64,000 bases of DNA from Leptolyngbyaceae cyanobacterium (GCA_965263355.1 CBDHHL010000032.1:2272001-2336000), one strand, 5' to 3'; shown: positions 48,199 through 59,431, counted from the first letter of the stretch. Made by a program: numbers and translations. The notes: generated from the sequence alone by a model not told the origin.

Positions 48199-48546
48199 AT
48201 GGAAGGAGTCCGCAAATTGATTCATAAAATTCGAAACGAAGGCGCATCCAGATGGCATGAACCACATAGTCCAAGTGAGGAGGAAGACTTTGCATTGGTA
48301 TCCAAAGTTATATTGCCTAACAATCGGAAAGCACTGATTATGGGCGGAATTGGCCCACAGGGGACAGAGCACATAGGGGAGTATGTGCGCAAAAATTGGC
48401 GCGAAGAAATTTACTCTTATTCACAGTCAACTGGTGCTGGGCCTTCTCACTCTATTAAAGGAAACGAGTTTGCTATGTCCATCGCAATACCTTTAGAAAC
48501 GGGAGAACCCTTAGTACAACATCGCGTATACAGCCGTCCCCATTAG
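48199..48546 (+). CDS. Hypothetical protein, possibly a C-terminal gene fragment
   Basis: 115-aa ORF with plausible composition (EEDFALVSKV..LIMGGIGPQGTE); no family recognised with confidence; in-frame stop just upstream. Confidence 0.35.
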   Translation: MEGVRKLIHKIRNEGASRWHEPHSPSEEEDFALVSKVILPNNRKALIMGGIGPQGTEHIGEYVRKNWREEIYSYSQSTGAGPSHSIKGNEFAMSIAIPLETGEPLVQHRVYSRPH

Positions 48547-48848
48547 GCAGCATCCTACCTGGGCTTCGCTCCCTTATACGCTTCGCTCAATTCCACTCCA
48601 GACTTTTACTCTGAGAAAGGCTGGTTTTTCATCAAGCCATTCATCTCATTTGAAGGTTTTTGTGATTAACTGGGTGCCTAGCAGTCGAGCCGGGGTTTCT
48701 GCTTGATGTTTTATGCCAGTGGTTGCCGATGAGTTTTAGTAAAAAGTAAAAACTCATCTTTGTAAAGACTGGTTATTTATACTTTTATTTCTCTTGGTGA
48801 GTTATGCCTTGCATGAATAGGTAGATGTAATTTGTTAGAGATCTTCCT

Positions 48849-49631
48849 ATGAAACTTAAACGCTTGTTTTTATGGCTTTTTCCGATGGCATTGTTGGCGT
48901 CGTTATTGTGGAATAACGTTCAACTTTTGCCAGTACGTGCTGCTGTTGACGATGCTGCTGGTCAACCCCTATTTTCTCAGACTAAACTGGCAGAGCAGTC
49001 GGCTGGGGAGTTTACCCTACCGCCTTTGCCCTATGGCTATGATGCCTTGAATGACTATATAGATAGTGAAACAATGACGATACATCATGATCGTCACCAT
49101 GCTGGCTATGTACGGAAATTAAATGCTGCGATCGCAAACCATCCTGAATTGCAGAATGATTCCTTAGAAGAATTAGTCAGTAAAGTCCATGACCTGCCCT
49201 TGGATATTCGGGCAAATGTGCGCAAAAACGGTGGTGGCCATGCCAATCACACAATGTTTTGGGAAATCATGACTCCCAATAGTCAAGGACGCCCCACAGG
49301 TGCGATCGCTACAGCCATTGATGATAAATTTGGTAACTTTGAACAGTTCAAACAAACGTTTAAGAGTGCAGGCACCAGCCAGTTTGGTAGCGGCTGGGTA
49401 TGGTTAACATTAACTAAAAACGGTCAACTGAAAGTAACCAAGACAGCGAACCAAGACAGTCCTTTGATGGAGGGTGACTATCCCATCCTAGGCAATGATG
49501 TTTGGGAGCATGCCTATTACTTAAAGTATCAAAACCGCCGAGGAGACTATCTAGACGCCTGGTGGAATGTAGTCAACTGGGACGAAGTCAATCATCGGTT
49601 TGAGCAGGCCCAAGCCTACATAGCTGGTTAA
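48849..49631 (+). CDS. sodA: Mn superoxide dismutase with N-terminal signal/membrane anchor
   Basis: [24 protein letters not shown] (Mn-type), [20 protein letters not shown]. Confidence 0.9.
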   Translation: MKLKRLFLWLFPMALLASLLWNNVQLLPVRAAVDDAAGQPLFSQTKLAEQSAGEFTLPPLPYGYDALNDYIDSETMTIHHDRHHAGYVRKLNAAIANHPELQNDSLEELVSKVHDLPLDIRANVRKNGGGHANHTMFWEIMTPNSQGRPTGAIATAIDDKFGNFEQFKQTFKSAGTSQFGSGWVWLTLTKNGQLKVTKTANQDSPLMEGDYPILGNDVWEHAYYLKYQNRRGDYLDAWWNVVNWDEVNHRFEQAQAYIAG

Positions 49632-49761
49632 GCAAGGACTTCTACCACTAACGGCTACAGCTATTCTGTTTCCAAGGCTCCCTTGTAACAACGCGTTAGG
49701 TTGAGGTTTGTAAAATAAACTATCGTTAGTATTTTACATTTACTTGACTGACTAAATCTCC

Positions 49762-50022
49762 TCAAACAGTTTCTGTTGCTACCACCGACTCTTCTGAGCT
49801 GTTCAGAGGGCGAATATTAACAATTTTGCCACCTAGCAAATTGATTCGCTGCATTTCCTCATTCATACGATGGAACGGAACTTGAATAAATTGGGTATGA
49901 CTGTGACGAATGGGAGACTGATGAGTAAACGTCACCTCATTTTCGTTTAGCCCAACCAATTCATAGACAAACATGCGGTTGTCTGAGGTAGACAACGTAC
50001 TATTGGAATATTGTCCTAACAT
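49762..50022 (-). CDS. cpcD: Rod-capping linker CpcD
   Basis: MLGQ..NRMFVYEL..IRHS..QVPFHRMNEEMQRINLLGGKIVNIRPL. Confidence 0.92.
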   Translation of the reverse strand: MLGQYSNSTLSTSDNRMFVYELVGLNENEVTFTHQSPIRHSHTQFIQVPFHRMNEEMQRINLLGGKIVNIRPLNSSEESVVATETV

Positions 50023-50097
50023 AGTTATCACCTTTTAAAGGATACTCAGAGAGTGATGAAGCTGATTGTTTGCTATTGCTGATGTAAGGGATGAACC

Positions 50098-50136
50098 GAT
50101 CAAAAAAACATGCTATTGGCAGATGTTTTTTTGATC
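50098..50136. terminator. Intergenic stem-loop between rod linker and cpcD
   Basis: Perfect 14-bp arms GATCAAAAAAACAT / ATGTTTTTTTGATC. Confidence 0.55.
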
Positions 50137-50170
50137 CAACCCTATTGGGGATCAGCAATGCCGATTTTTT

Positions 50171-51043
50171 TCACGCGCGGGCAATACTGGCAACCCGTCC
50201 TCCAGTTTTGTTGATACGCTGCAGAGTTTGGGATAGAGTTTCGTAAGGTACTACAAACACTCGATTGCTGCGGCGAATACTGGGATAGCCTGGGGTACTC
50301 ATACCAGCAACTTCAATTCGATATAGAGTGCCACGTTCCTGAGTTGTGTGAGGTCGTCCAAAGACACGCGTTTGAGGAGTATTTTTCGTGGAGGCTAAAT
50401 ATGTACTGACGCCACTACCAGTTCCTGAAGGGGTATTAATTACAGATGTAGTCCCCAGGGCCAATTCTGTTGCTAAGCGGGATTTATTACCCGCAAGCTG
50501 TGATCGATCGCTATTGGCATAGCCCCGATAAAGGCTAAACATTCTAGTAAACCCTGAGATACTTTGCCCTACCTCAGTATTAAAACTGCGATAGTAGGGA
50601 ACAATGTTATCTCCAAAGGCTTGTTCATACTCCTGTGTATCGATGTAGGAATCGATATCAGCATCAAATCCTTCAGTTTCGTAACGATCTAAATGCTCAA
50701 TGATCTCTGCTTCGCTATAGGGTGCCCGCCCTAACAGATGCTTGAAATTTAGTTCAATAACACGAGTTTGAAAGTTAGGATACAAAAACTTAGTCTTGTA
50801 TAGCTCAGATTTAGCCACAGCTCTAACAAACTCTCGAACGGTTAATGTCCCATTGACAAGTAGAGATTCCAAACCGACTAACCGTTCAGATTCCATTAAG
50901 TAGTCATTGCCTAAAACATGCCGATAAACGGCCTGAATGACTGCTTTTATAGTGTCTGACGAGGCATTGGGACGAAACTCTAGGGGGCCTTGCTCACTAA
51001 ACGGTGTAGTGCCTAACCAAGCAGCCGATTGGGTAATAGCCAC
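50171..51043 (-). CDS. cpcC: Phycocyanin rod linker (CpcC/CpcI-type)
   Basis: [41 protein letters not shown], CpcD-like C-terminus. Confidence 0.9.
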   Translation of the reverse strand: MAITQSAAWLGTTPFSEQGPLEFRPNASSDTIKAVIQAVYRHVLGNDYLMESERLVGLESLLVNGTLTVREFVRAVAKSELYKTKFLYPNFQTRVIELNFKHLLGRAPYSEAEIIEHLDRYETEGFDADIDSYIDTQEYEQAFGDNIVPYYRSFNTEVGQSISGFTRMFSLYRGYANSDRSQLAGNKSRLATELALGTTSVINTPSGTGSGVSTYLASTKNTPQTRVFGRPHTTQERGTLYRIEVAGMSTPGYPSIRRSNRVFVVPYETLSQTLQRINKTGGRVASIARA

Positions 51044-51133
51044 AGATCAATCTCCTTCAAAGTACTTAACTCGGTAATCTTGATTACCTGGATTCAGATG
51101 TCTGTATGAGGTAATACTCCAAAAGTGAGAATA

Positions 51134-51952
51134 TTACGCAGATGTAATATTGATAATACGACTACCCCTTTGATTAAGTCGTTGCAATGTGGATGATAGT
51201 TGCTCGTAGGAAACTAGATACTCTTGAACACCTAGTCGAATCTGCGGGGTACGTCCACTAGCAGATTGAGAAACGCGAATGCGATAGAGCTTTTCCCGTT
51301 TGCCCCTGGTGACACCCTGTAGCTCCTTACCAAAACCGGACGCTCTAACAGGTGTGGCTGTATTAGTTGCTAATTCTGTTGTCAAACATCCTTTTTTGTT
51401 CTGGGTCCGGGCTCGATCGCTGCTAGCATATCCTCGATATAGCTGAAACATTCTGACAAAGCCTACTGTCTTCTGATTTCTCTGAGTAGCAAACCCTCGA
51501 TAATATGGAACAATTTGGTTACCAAAGGTATCGCGATATTCATCAGAATCAAAATAGCTGCTAATTTCAGCTTCGTATCCCTTCTGAATATAAAGATCTA
51601 CATGCTCAGAAATTTCTGTCTGGTCATAGGGCGCCCGACCCAGAAAATGCTTGAAATTTAGCTCGATAAAACGAACTTGGGGATTGTTACTAAAGAACTT
51701 ATGCTTGTAGAGAGTTGACATAGCCAGGGCGCGCACAAAGTCACGAACATGAATATGTCCCTGCTTTAGCAAAGATTCAGCACTGGTCAGACGTTCTGAA
51801 CGCATTATGTGATCATTGCCAAACAACTGGCGATAGGCAGCCTCAATAATGGTTTTAATATCTGTTTCAGTCGCATTCTCCCGAAGCTCAGAGGGGGTTA
51901 CTTGAGCAAATGGTTCAAATCCTAATGAACTGGCTGATGCTTCACTTATCAT
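51134..51952 (-). CDS. cpcC: Phycocyanin rod linker (CpcH/CpcC2-type)
   Basis: [34 protein letters not shown] 51952 preferred because 52012 lies inside the cpcA 3' hairpin. Confidence 0.88.
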   Translation of the reverse strand: MISEASASSLGFEPFAQVTPSELRENATETDIKTIIEAAYRQLFGNDHIMRSERLTSAESLLKQGHIHVRDFVRALAMSTLYKHKFFSNNPQVRFIELNFKHFLGRAPYDQTEISEHVDLYIQKGYEAEISSYFDSDEYRDTFGNQIVPYYRGFATQRNQKTVGFVRMFQLYRGYASSDRARTQNKKGCLTTELATNTATPVRASGFGKELQGVTRGKREKLYRIRVSQSASGRTPQIRLGVQEYLVSYEQLSSTLQRLNQRGSRIINITSA

Positions 51953-51996
51953 AATGGTTTTCCAGAACTGTCGTTTATGAACAATGCTTTTCTTGC

Positions 51997-52034
51997 ATCC
52001 ATTGCCTGACATGTTCGTTAGTCAGGCAATGGAT
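51997..52034 (-). terminator. Stem-loop downstream of cpcA (terminator/mRNA stability element)
   Basis: Perfect 14-bp arms ATCCATTGCCTGAC / GTCAGGCAATGGAT, 12 bp after the cpcA stop. Confidence 0.7.
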
Positions 52035-52046
52035 AGGCCTTAACCG

Positions 52047-52535
52047 TTAACTAAGCGCGTTAATGGCATAGTCAATGTAGGAATTTGCCTCAACGGCTGC
52101 ATCTCCACTTAGACCATGGTTGGCTTTGATATGGCTGAGCGCTTCAACATACCAACTGGGAGATAGTTCGAACGCTTTGTTAATTTCTGCAGCTCCAGCA
52201 ACCAGATAATCGTCCATTGGGCCTGTACCACCTGCCACTAGACAATAGGTAACCATCCGCAGATAATAGCCAATGTCACGAGAGCACTTAGCTTTACCTT
52301 CAGGTGTGGAAGCATAGTTGTTGCCCTGCATTTGGGTAGTGTAGGGGAACTTTTGGTATACAGCCTGAGCCGCACCGTTAACTAAGCTTTCTGCATTTTT
52401 TGTAAGGGTTTGAGCAGCAGATAGGCCTGCCTGGGCCTGACGAAAACGGCCAAAAGCAACTTGCATTTCAACGCTGCTTAGAAAGCGACCCTGGGAATCA
52501 GCTGTTGCGACAGCTTCTGTCATGGGTGTTTTCAT
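52047..52535 (-). CDS. cpcA: Phycocyanin alpha subunit (cpc2-like operon)
   Basis: [31 protein letters not shown] (Cys84), [18 protein letters not shown] upstream of ATG 52535. Confidence 0.96.
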   Translation of the reverse strand: MKTPMTEAVATADSQGRFLSSVEMQVAFGRFRQAQAGLSAAQTLTKNAESLVNGAAQAVYQKFPYTTQMQGNNYASTPEGKAKCSRDIGYYLRMVTYCLVAGGTGPMDDYLVAGAAEINKAFELSPSWYVEALSHIKANHGLSGDAAVEANSYIDYAINALS

Positions 52536-52601
52536 GATGCTAAATCTCTCCAAAAAAAATATCTACAAAATTGACAAACGAGTTATTAACGTTGCGCAGA
52601 G

Positions 52602-53120
52602 TTAACCAACAGCACTTGCTGCCCGATCAAAGTAGCTGCTAAGTTCAGCCATCAAGGAGCTGCAATCACCTTGAGTAATACCTGCTCTGTCATTTGCGAT
52701 CGCAATTGCCGCTTCTTTCATCTTATTCACACCTTCTGCCACTGAAGCACCGGGTACGCCTAAGGCTAGATAAGTTTCACGTAAACCATTCAAACACCGA
52801 TCATCTAATACGCTGGCATCACCCGTAAATATTGCATAGGTAACATAGCGCAGAATGATTTCCATATCCCGTAAACAAGCAGCCATACGACGATGGGTAT
52901 ATGCATTACCCCCTGGTGCAATTAGTTGGGGCTGCTCCTTGAACAGTACCCGTGCTGCATTGGTAACAATGGCACTGGCGTTACCTGTTAGCCGGTTAAC
53001 CACATCCATGCGCTTACTTCCCTCTGCAACGAGTTGACTCAGCGCTTGGATTTGGGAATCGCCAATGTATTCACCTCGTGCATCGGCTTGGGCAATAACC
53101 TTTGTAAAAGCATCGAACAT
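52602..53120 (-). CDS. cpcB: Phycocyanin beta subunit (cpc2-like operon)
   Basis: [29 protein letters not shown] (Cys82), GDCS (Cys153). Confidence 0.96.
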   Translation of the reverse strand: MFDAFTKVIAQADARGEYIGDSQIQALSQLVAEGSKRMDVVNRLTGNASAIVTNAARVLFKEQPQLIAPGGNAYTHRRMAACLRDMEIILRYVTYAIFTGDASVLDDRCLNGLRETYLALGVPGASVAEGVNKMKEAAIAIANDRAGITQGDCSSLMAELSSYFDRAASAVG

Positions 53121-53468
53121 GGAAAAATCTCCTACTCAAAACAAGCATATACAAGTATTAAAGAAGCTGTTGGAAAAAGCTTCAAATTTCACCAACAAGA
53201 TGTTCTAAACAAAACATATCTCAAACGAGTGAAACTAATTTCCTTCTATTTGAGAGAGGAGAGCAACGCCCTAACAAGAAAAAATTGAAGAACATCTTAA
53301 TGGAGAAAAGCATCAAAATACATCTCCCTCAAAGCTTATAAACTTTATCGGAAATAAATCCTTGTTGTACAAGGTTTTAGAAACTGTTGGAAGGCAGCCT
53401 AAATACTTGCTAAAAGGCATGGAGTTAGTGACGCTCCTAATCTTACTTGCCGATTAAGTCTAATGCGC

Positions 53469-53494
53469 TGTTAGCAAATGTTACTTTGCTAACA
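53469..53494. promoter_or_regulatory. Palindrome in cpcB upstream region
   Basis: TGTTAGCAAA-tgttac-TTTGCTAACA, 10-bp perfect arms. Confidence 0.4.
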
Positions 53495-53568
53495 ACCTTT
53501 GAGGGAAGAGAGCCCTGACCTCAATCAAGGCTCTGACTTTTGAACCAAGTTGATTTAATCAATTTGAT

Positions 53569-53586
53569 TGTGCAAGCACTGTGCAT
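53569..53586 (-). promoter_or_regulatory. L-box (RcaC site) upstream of cpcB
   Basis: Minus strand ATGCACA-gtgc-TTGCACA; matches TTGCACA-N4-TTGCACA with one mismatch. Confidence 0.8.
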
Positions 53587-53668
53587 GGCTTTGTATCTGA
53601 ATGCTTACAATTCTCTAAATGCCTGTGAAATATACCTTAGAGAGACTGGTAGCAGGATTTGCACAAGC

Positions 53669-54487
53669 TTATGAATGTTTACATTCTGTTGCATCCTTCT
53701 CAGTCATAGTCGCATCTCCACAATCAAACAGCATGGTACGCAGATATCGATCGGCCCATTCAGCGCCAAAGGCACACTCTAGGATTCGTCTGGTTTTATC
53801 ATTTTTTTGTTGCTGTAGGCAATAGCGACGTTGACCAGCCATAATCAGTGCCTCTTGTTCCATAGAATCAACAGGACTGGTCTGTTTACTTAATTGACAA
53901 TGAATTGACAAAAATTGACTTGCTTGAGTTAGAAATAACATTTCTTCCTGCTCGTTTGTAGGGCTAACAAACAAACAAAAATCAGAAAAAATATCGCCCC
54001 AATCGGGTAACTTTCGTGGTTGGGTAAACTGGTTCCTTGGCAACTGTTTCAAAGCCTGATAATAATTGGCAGGTAAGCTTTGAACAGCGGAAACAGGGGA
54101 TAAATCAACAATTGCAGCACTAATCTTTCCTCGGCCTGCTACAATATCAACGCCAAAAATTGGTAAGGGATAATTAGTCCGTGGGAACATGACGCAGTGA
54201 AGAATATCCAAATGTTGTCCCACTTTGGCTAGCTCTAAATGAACTTTACGAAACTGCACCGTTTGATAACAGTGGTTTTCAATGGTTAGTCTCTCACCTT
54301 CAAGCGTCCCTTCGATATAGCCTAAGTCCTTGGGCGTCTGATAAGGATAAAGTACAAACTGACTTTGCCAGATTGATTCAAGGGTTTTGGCTAGTTGAGA
54401 GATTAAAGGGTGCTGATATTGACACAGAGAGCTGTAACGAACTTGATTCATGATTATAGGTAAGTCATTGTGAAGTCTTGATGGCAA
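53669..54487 (-). CDS. pcyA: Phycocyanobilin:ferredoxin oxidoreductase
   Basis: FRKVHLELA, LDILHCVMFP, LPIFGVDIV, SAAIVDLSP, YCLQQQKNDKTRRIL; start may be ATG 54451. Confidence 0.93.
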   Translation of the reverse strand: MPSRLHNDLPIIMNQVRYSSLCQYQHPLISQLAKTLESIWQSQFVLYPYQTPKDLGYIEGTLEGERLTIENHCYQTVQFRKVHLELAKVGQHLDILHCVMFPRTNYPLPIFGVDIVAGRGKISAAIVDLSPVSAVQSLPANYYQALKQLPRNQFTQPRKLPDWGDIFSDFCLFVSPTNEQEEMLFLTQASQFLSIHCQLSKQTSPVDSMEQEALIMAGQRRYCLQQQKNDKTRRILECAFGAEWADRYLRTMLFDCGDATMTEKDATECKHS

Positions 54488-54614
54488 TGGTTGCCGCCCT
54501 TTGTTCGATCACCTCCCAAATATGGTGCATTGTTTAACTGGTTGATCACATTTGGAAGTTGAAAAACCTGTGGGTTGAGTATTGCAAAGGTATACCCTTA
54601 CCATGCCGTACCAC

Positions 54615-54632
54615 TGTGCAAACTCTGTGCAC
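54615..54632 (-). promoter_or_regulatory. L-box (RcaC site) upstream of pcyA
   Basis: Minus strand GTGCACA-gagt-TTGCACA. Confidence 0.8.
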
Positions 54633-54670
54633 ATTTAAGGCTGTATTGACAAATATCTGGTGTGTAGGGG

Positions 54671-56587
54671 CTATTCTAAGGCAAAAATCGCATTTTCTTG
54701 GTTACACCAGGCGTGATAACGCTTTAACCGATTCAGGATACGGAATACTAGATTCTGTCCCTGGGTTAATTTAGTAATGTAGTCATCTGCGCCAACAGCA
54801 AATGCTTTAGATTGACTATCTTGATCCCCATGGACGCTTAAAAAAATAATAGGTATATGCTGCCATTCAGGATGACTACGGATCACTTTACAAAGTTCAA
54901 ATCCATTGATACCAGGCATTTCAATATCTAGAATAATAACATCGGGTATTATTTGGTTAAATATTGTCCAAAAGCGCTGTGAATTCGCTAAAGGAGTAAT
55001 TTGAAAATGCCAGGGCTGCAGCAATTTCATCACCTGTTGTAGGTAATGACTATCGTCATCGACCAACATGATTTTGCTGTGACGGTATCTAAGGTATGTT
55101 GCCTGATCGATAGCTTCTAACACTTCTGCAGGACTAACTGGATATTCCAGGACCATAGCAGCCCCTCGACGAGTCAAATCCAGGCGATTGCTAAAATCTG
55201 CTTGGGGGGTGATCAAGATCATCGGCAGCTGAGGCCAATGGCTATTCAATTTGGTAATCAATTGCAGCAGCAGCTGTGAATTAGCTTCAGCCAATACAAG
55301 ATCGCTGTCGCTACCAACAAGGTTGATGAGCACCAGGTCTGGGAGGTCTGCAGCTACATCCAGGGAGTTTTGTTGGAAGTCATTTAAACCTAGTGCTTGG
55401 GCTGCCATCTCATTAGAGGTAGCGATCTCTAGGCACAGACCTTGGGCCACGGCCAACGCCATTAGCTGCTGAATATACGGAGCTTCATTCGTATCGATGA
55501 TGAGAATTTTAGGCAAATGGGGGGTGGTTTCTGACCAAGACACTAACTGAGGTGGATTGTCTAATGTATGGCCTAAGGTGGTCACCAGGGTCTGGAATTG
55601 TTTTGTTTGTGTAGAGGATAGGGTCACTGTTTCCAGGAGCTGCTCTATCTGTACAGCTAAACGATGTCCCTCAAGCAATCCAAAAATTCCTAAGGTGCCT
55701 GCCAAACTATGGGCCATTTGTTTGGCCTGCATCCGCTGCTGCTCATTTATGTCCTGTTCTCTGAGGGTTTGTGACAGATGTGCTAGGTAACGCCAACGTT
55801 TTACGCTTTCATCTTTATGGGTTTGCCAAGTTTGAGTTAGTCCCTGTAAATACTGAGCCTGACGTTCAGGCGAAATTGTTTGAGATAGTTTTTGATTGTG
55901 CAGGGACGTTAGTGGGGATGCACCTAGGCGATAGCCTAACCCCCGTACAGTTTCAATCACCTCAGCCGAAATGCCCGCAGCCTTGAGTTTTTGGCGTAGT
56001 CCCCGAATATGCGATCGCACAGTCGCTTCACTGGGAAATTCATCTGAAGACCAGATCTGATCTAGCAGGACAGATGTGCTAAAAACCTGATGGCTATGGC
56101 GTAAGAAAAATTCAAGCAGGGCGTACTCTTTGGCCGTTAGCGTTACAGGATACCCTTGGTAGGTAACGTTACAGCTGACTGGATCCAGACATAGATCCCC
56201 CCAACCCAAAACAGGTTGCGGTTCGGCAGCCATACGCCGTACCAATACTTGAATACGCGCTAGCAGTTCTTTGATATCAAAAGGCTTTACTAAATAATCG
56301 TCTGCACCGGCCTCTAGACCTTGGATTTTGTCAACCTGTTGATGTCTAGACGACAACAGCAAAATGGGCACACCATAGCCTTCACTGCGCAACCGCTGAC
56401 AGAGTTGCAGACCATTAAGGTGAGGCAGTACCCAATCCAAGAGAATCAGGTCATAGCTAAAGGTAGACGCATAGGACCAACCCATTTCGCCATCAGCTAC
56501 CCGATCAACAATATAATTCTGTATTGTTAACTGCTGAATGAGGACTTCAGCGAGGGCATTATCATCGTCTACTAATAAGATTTTCAT
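54671..56587 (-). CDS. rcaC: Multidomain response regulator REC-wHTH-HPt-REC(degenerate)-REC
   Basis: OmpR-type N-terminus (DLILLDW, ETVRGLGYRL), HPt AHSLAGTLG, two further receiver domains; downstream of rcaE-rcaF. Confidence 0.87.
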   Translation of the reverse strand: MKILLVDDDNALAEVLIQQLTIQNYIVDRVADGEMGWSYASTFSYDLILLDWVLPHLNGLQLCQRLRSEGYGVPILLLSSRHQQVDKIQGLEAGADDYLVKPFDIKELLARIQVLVRRMAAEPQPVLGWGDLCLDPVSCNVTYQGYPVTLTAKEYALLEFFLRHSHQVFSTSVLLDQIWSSDEFPSEATVRSHIRGLRQKLKAAGISAEVIETVRGLGYRLGASPLTSLHNQKLSQTISPERQAQYLQGLTQTWQTHKDESVKRWRYLAHLSQTLREQDINEQQRMQAKQMAHSLAGTLGIFGLLEGHRLAVQIEQLLETVTLSSTQTKQFQTLVTTLGHTLDNPPQLVSWSETTPHLPKILIIDTNEAPYIQQLMALAVAQGLCLEIATSNEMAAQALGLNDFQQNSLDVAADLPDLVLINLVGSDSDLVLAEANSQLLLQLITKLNSHWPQLPMILITPQADFSNRLDLTRRGAAMVLEYPVSPAEVLEAIDQATYLRYRHSKIMLVDDDSHYLQQVMKLLQPWHFQITPLANSQRFWTIFNQIIPDVIILDIEMPGINGFELCKVIRSHPEWQHIPIIFLSVHGDQDSQSKAFAVGADDYITKLTQGQNLVFRILNRLKRYHAWCNQENAIFALE

Positions 56588-56595
56588 TGTTTAAT

Positions 56596-56988
56596 CTAGA
56601 GTCTCCATCCTATTAGCTTGGCTATTTGACTGGCTAAGGATAAGGGGTCAAAGGGTTTAGTAATGACCCCAGTCACCCCAATCTTTTGAAACAGACGTTT
56701 TTCTGCTGTTCCAGTTTTAGCCGTCAACAAAATAACTGGAATATTTTTAGTCTGAAGATTACTATGTAAACTCTCAAAAGTACTAATACCATCTACCTCA
56801 GGCATCATGACATCAAGTAAGATGGCATCTGGTTGGCGTGTTTCAGCCAGATGCAGCCCTTCTTGCCCTGAAGATGCACAAATGATTTGCCAGTTAGCTT
56901 CCATCTTTAAACTGAGCCTAACCACCTTCTGAATAGGCTCCTCATCGTCAATCACCAGTATCAGTTTGGATGTCATGGTGTTTTGCAT
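56596..56988 (-). CDS. rcaF: Single-domain response regulator
   Basis: ILVIDDE, ILLDVMMP, LTAK, TKPFDP; overlaps the rcaE stop. Confidence 0.85.
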   Translation of the reverse strand: MQNTMTSKLILVIDDEEPIQKVVRLSLKMEANWQIICASSGQEGLHLAETRQPDAILLDVMMPEVDGISTFESLHSNLQTKNIPVILLTAKTGTAEKRLFQKIGVTGVITKPFDPLSLASQIAKLIGWRL

Positions 56989-59213
56989 ATCTGATCGTAG
57001 ACCTGCTGATGGGAAAGAGGGACCGTAAAATAAAAGCTACTACCTGCACCTACTTGACTTTCGGCCCAAATTTTGCCGCCATGTTGTTCTATAATTTTAC
57101 GACAGATAGTTAAGCCTAGACCTGTTCCTCCCTTCTTCCGAGAATCAGAAGAATCAACCTGCTGAAATCGTTCAAATATACTATCTAATTTATCGGTCGG
57201 AATGCCCTGTCCATTATCCTTCACACAGAAAAGTGCGGCTTCTGAAGAACAAGATTTAAGATACCCATTAGACAATTGCTTTGCAGTAGAGTATAGCTGC
57301 AAACTTAAAATGATTGTGTTACCAGGAACTGAAAATTTAATCGCGTTACCAATTAAATTGGTTAAGGTTTGCACAATGTAGTCTGGATCAGCCCAAATCG
57401 AAATCGGTTCCAGACGGGTATGTATTTTGATACCGTTTTGCTGGGCCATGGTCTGCATTGCTTCAGCCGCTTGTTCTACCAAATCTGCTGCTTTACAAGT
57501 ACAGTTGTCCATGGTAACTTCACCGGACTCTATCCGCTGCAGATCCAGTACATTGTTGACTAAACGGACAAGTCTATCGGTACTCTCATCGGCAACTGCC
57601 AACATTTGTTGACCTTCTTCTGATAGGTGTCCCAAACGCCCCGTGGCAATCAGCTTTAATGAGCCATGCAGTGAGGTTAGCGGGGTTCTTAATTCATGGC
57701 TGACAACAGCAATAAATTCATCTTTCATGCGTTCGATGGCTTTGCGATCGCTAATGTCTGTTGTCAGTGCAAAAAAGCCATTTATTTTTGCCTGTCCTTT
57801 TTTAATCAGTTCCAGATGAGGAATATAGCTGACACTAACGGAACGGATACGTCCATCTTTGAAAATGAGTTCACTCTCGTAGGTGACTTGATCGCCTCTT
57901 AAAGCTGCTTCAATATAAGGGTAGATCGTCTGATAGTAGTCAGGGTCTTTAAAAGCCTTGATGGGGTTACCATAAAGGGCTGCTGGATCTTGACCCAGCC
58001 AGTAGTCATAGGCCTGATTGTTAAATCGATAACATTGTTGGGCATCGACATAGGCAATAAGAACTGGCAAATTATTTGTAATCAAACGTACTTGCTCTTC
58101 ACTTTGTCGCAATGCTATTTCAATCTGCTTTCGTTCTTGAATTTCTTGTTGTAGGCTTCTATTAGCTGTAGTTAATTCTGCTGTGCGCAACTTTACCCGT
58201 TTTTCTAAATATTCCAGCATCTGGCTTTGGGAAAGCGCAATGCTAATCTGAACAGCTAATTGCTGCATTAAATCTAATTCAAATTCTGTCCATTTCCGTG
58301 GGCTTTTACATTGGTGCGCAATCAGCAAACCCCAGAGATGATGTCTGTTGGATGCATCGGGTGATGATTGTTCCGGTGCTAATGGATGCACGATCGGAAC
58401 AATAAGCTTAGATTGAATCTCCCACTGTTCAACAAATTCAATTAAGCACTCAGCTATTCCAGCGTCAGGGGCATGAACATCTGTAATGGCGTGCACACGA
58501 CCTTTTGCATAGAGCTGCTGATACTCTTCTGGAAACACCTCTTCAGGAAAGTCCATGCCTAAAACGGCTGGATAGGGTGCCTTAACAGCCTCACTCGTTG
58601 CCTTGCCGGTGCCATCTGGTAAAACTCTGTAGATTAATACTCGATCGGCATTTAGTAGGTTTTGGACCTCCTCAACGGTGGTTTGCAAGATTTCTTTGAG
58701 CTGTAGGGACTGACGGATTTTGAGGGTAATTTCTGCAAAGATTTGAGCGCGTTGATGCTGGCGCTTGGTCACCACCTCAGTATTTTGATTATTAGAGGCT
58801 ATTAACAGACGCTTGTGAGAAATGACTCCCTCTAAACTACCCTGCCCATCCAACACGGGAAGATAGCCAATCTGATGGCGCTCAAACTGCTCCAGTAGCG
58901 ATGCAACCGTAGATAATTCAGAGTTTGCTGCCGTTATCACAGGCCGTGTCATTACCTTCGATAATCGTAATTTGGCCCAGTCAGTTCTTTGAGCAATGAT
59001 TTTTAGGACATCGTGTCGAGTAACAATGCCAACGACCTGGCCACGACGCAACACAACAATGCAGCCGATTTCAGGATGAGCCGTAAATTTCGCTAAAGCT
59101 CTGGGCAGCAGAGTTTGACTGGAGGCAGTCAATGGCTGAACATTAATTACCTCTTTCCAGGGAGAAAGTTCGCGTACGCCAAGCACCATCAGCGATAAAC
59201 TAAATTGCGCCAC
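56973..59213 (-). CDS. rcaE: Green/red cyanobacteriochrome histidine kinase (CBS-CBS-GAF-PAS-HK)
   Basis: GAF EEVFPEEY...ECLIEFVEQW..SKLIVPI..LWGLLIAHQC matches RcaE type; H-box VSHELRTPLT; G-boxes; N-terminal CBS pair. Confidence 0.87.
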   Translation of the reverse strand: MAQFSLSLMVLGVRELSPWKEVINVQPLTASSQTLLPRALAKFTAHPEIGCIVVLRRGQVVGIVTRHDVLKIIAQRTDWAKLRLSKVMTRPVITAANSELSTVASLLEQFERHQIGYLPVLDGQGSLEGVISHKRLLIASNNQNTEVVTKRQHQRAQIFAEITLKIRQSLQLKEILQTTVEEVQNLLNADRVLIYRVLPDGTGKATSEAVKAPYPAVLGMDFPEEVFPEEYQQLYAKGRVHAITDVHAPDAGIAECLIEFVEQWEIQSKLIVPIVHPLAPEQSSPDASNRHHLWGLLIAHQCKSPRKWTEFELDLMQQLAVQISIALSQSQMLEYLEKRVKLRTAELTTANRSLQQEIQERKQIEIALRQSEEQVRLITNNLPVLIAYVDAQQCYRFNNQAYDYWLGQDPAALYGNPIKAFKDPDYYQTIYPYIEAALRGDQVTYESELIFKDGRIRSVSVSYIPHLELIKKGQAKINGFFALTTDISDRKAIERMKDEFIAVVSHELRTPLTSLHGSLKLIATGRLGHLSEEGQQMLAVADESTDRLVRLVNNVLDLQRIESGEVTMDNCTCKAADLVEQAAEAMQTMAQQNGIKIHTRLEPISIWADPDYIVQTLTNLIGNAIKFSVPGNTIILSLQLYSTAKQLSNGYLKSCSSEAALFCVKDNGQGIPTDKLDSIFERFQQVDSSDSRKKGGTGLGLTICRKIIEQHGGKIWAESQVGAGSSFYFTVPLSHQQVYDQICKTP

Positions 59214-59297
59214 TAATAATCTATTAGGTATTTGGCAGAATCGTTACTAAATTGTTTACATTCTTTAAGTTTTAAGAAATTATTCAAAGCATCACCA

Positions 59298-59347
59298 TAA
59301 AAAAATATTGCTGGTAAGAAAGTAATCACTTCCCTGCCAGCAATGTT
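59298..59347 (-). terminator. Rho-independent terminator after second cpc operon
   Basis: Minus strand ACATTGCTGGCAGGGAAGTG...ACTTTCTTACCAGCAATAT followed by a T tract. Confidence 0.65.
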
Positions 59348-59431
59348 CTGCTTGACGCAAGCCTAAATCTTGTCCCTATCCAGAGCTGATTTTTCTCTGT
59401 AAGAGACTATAAATTCTAACGGTAGTGTCGT

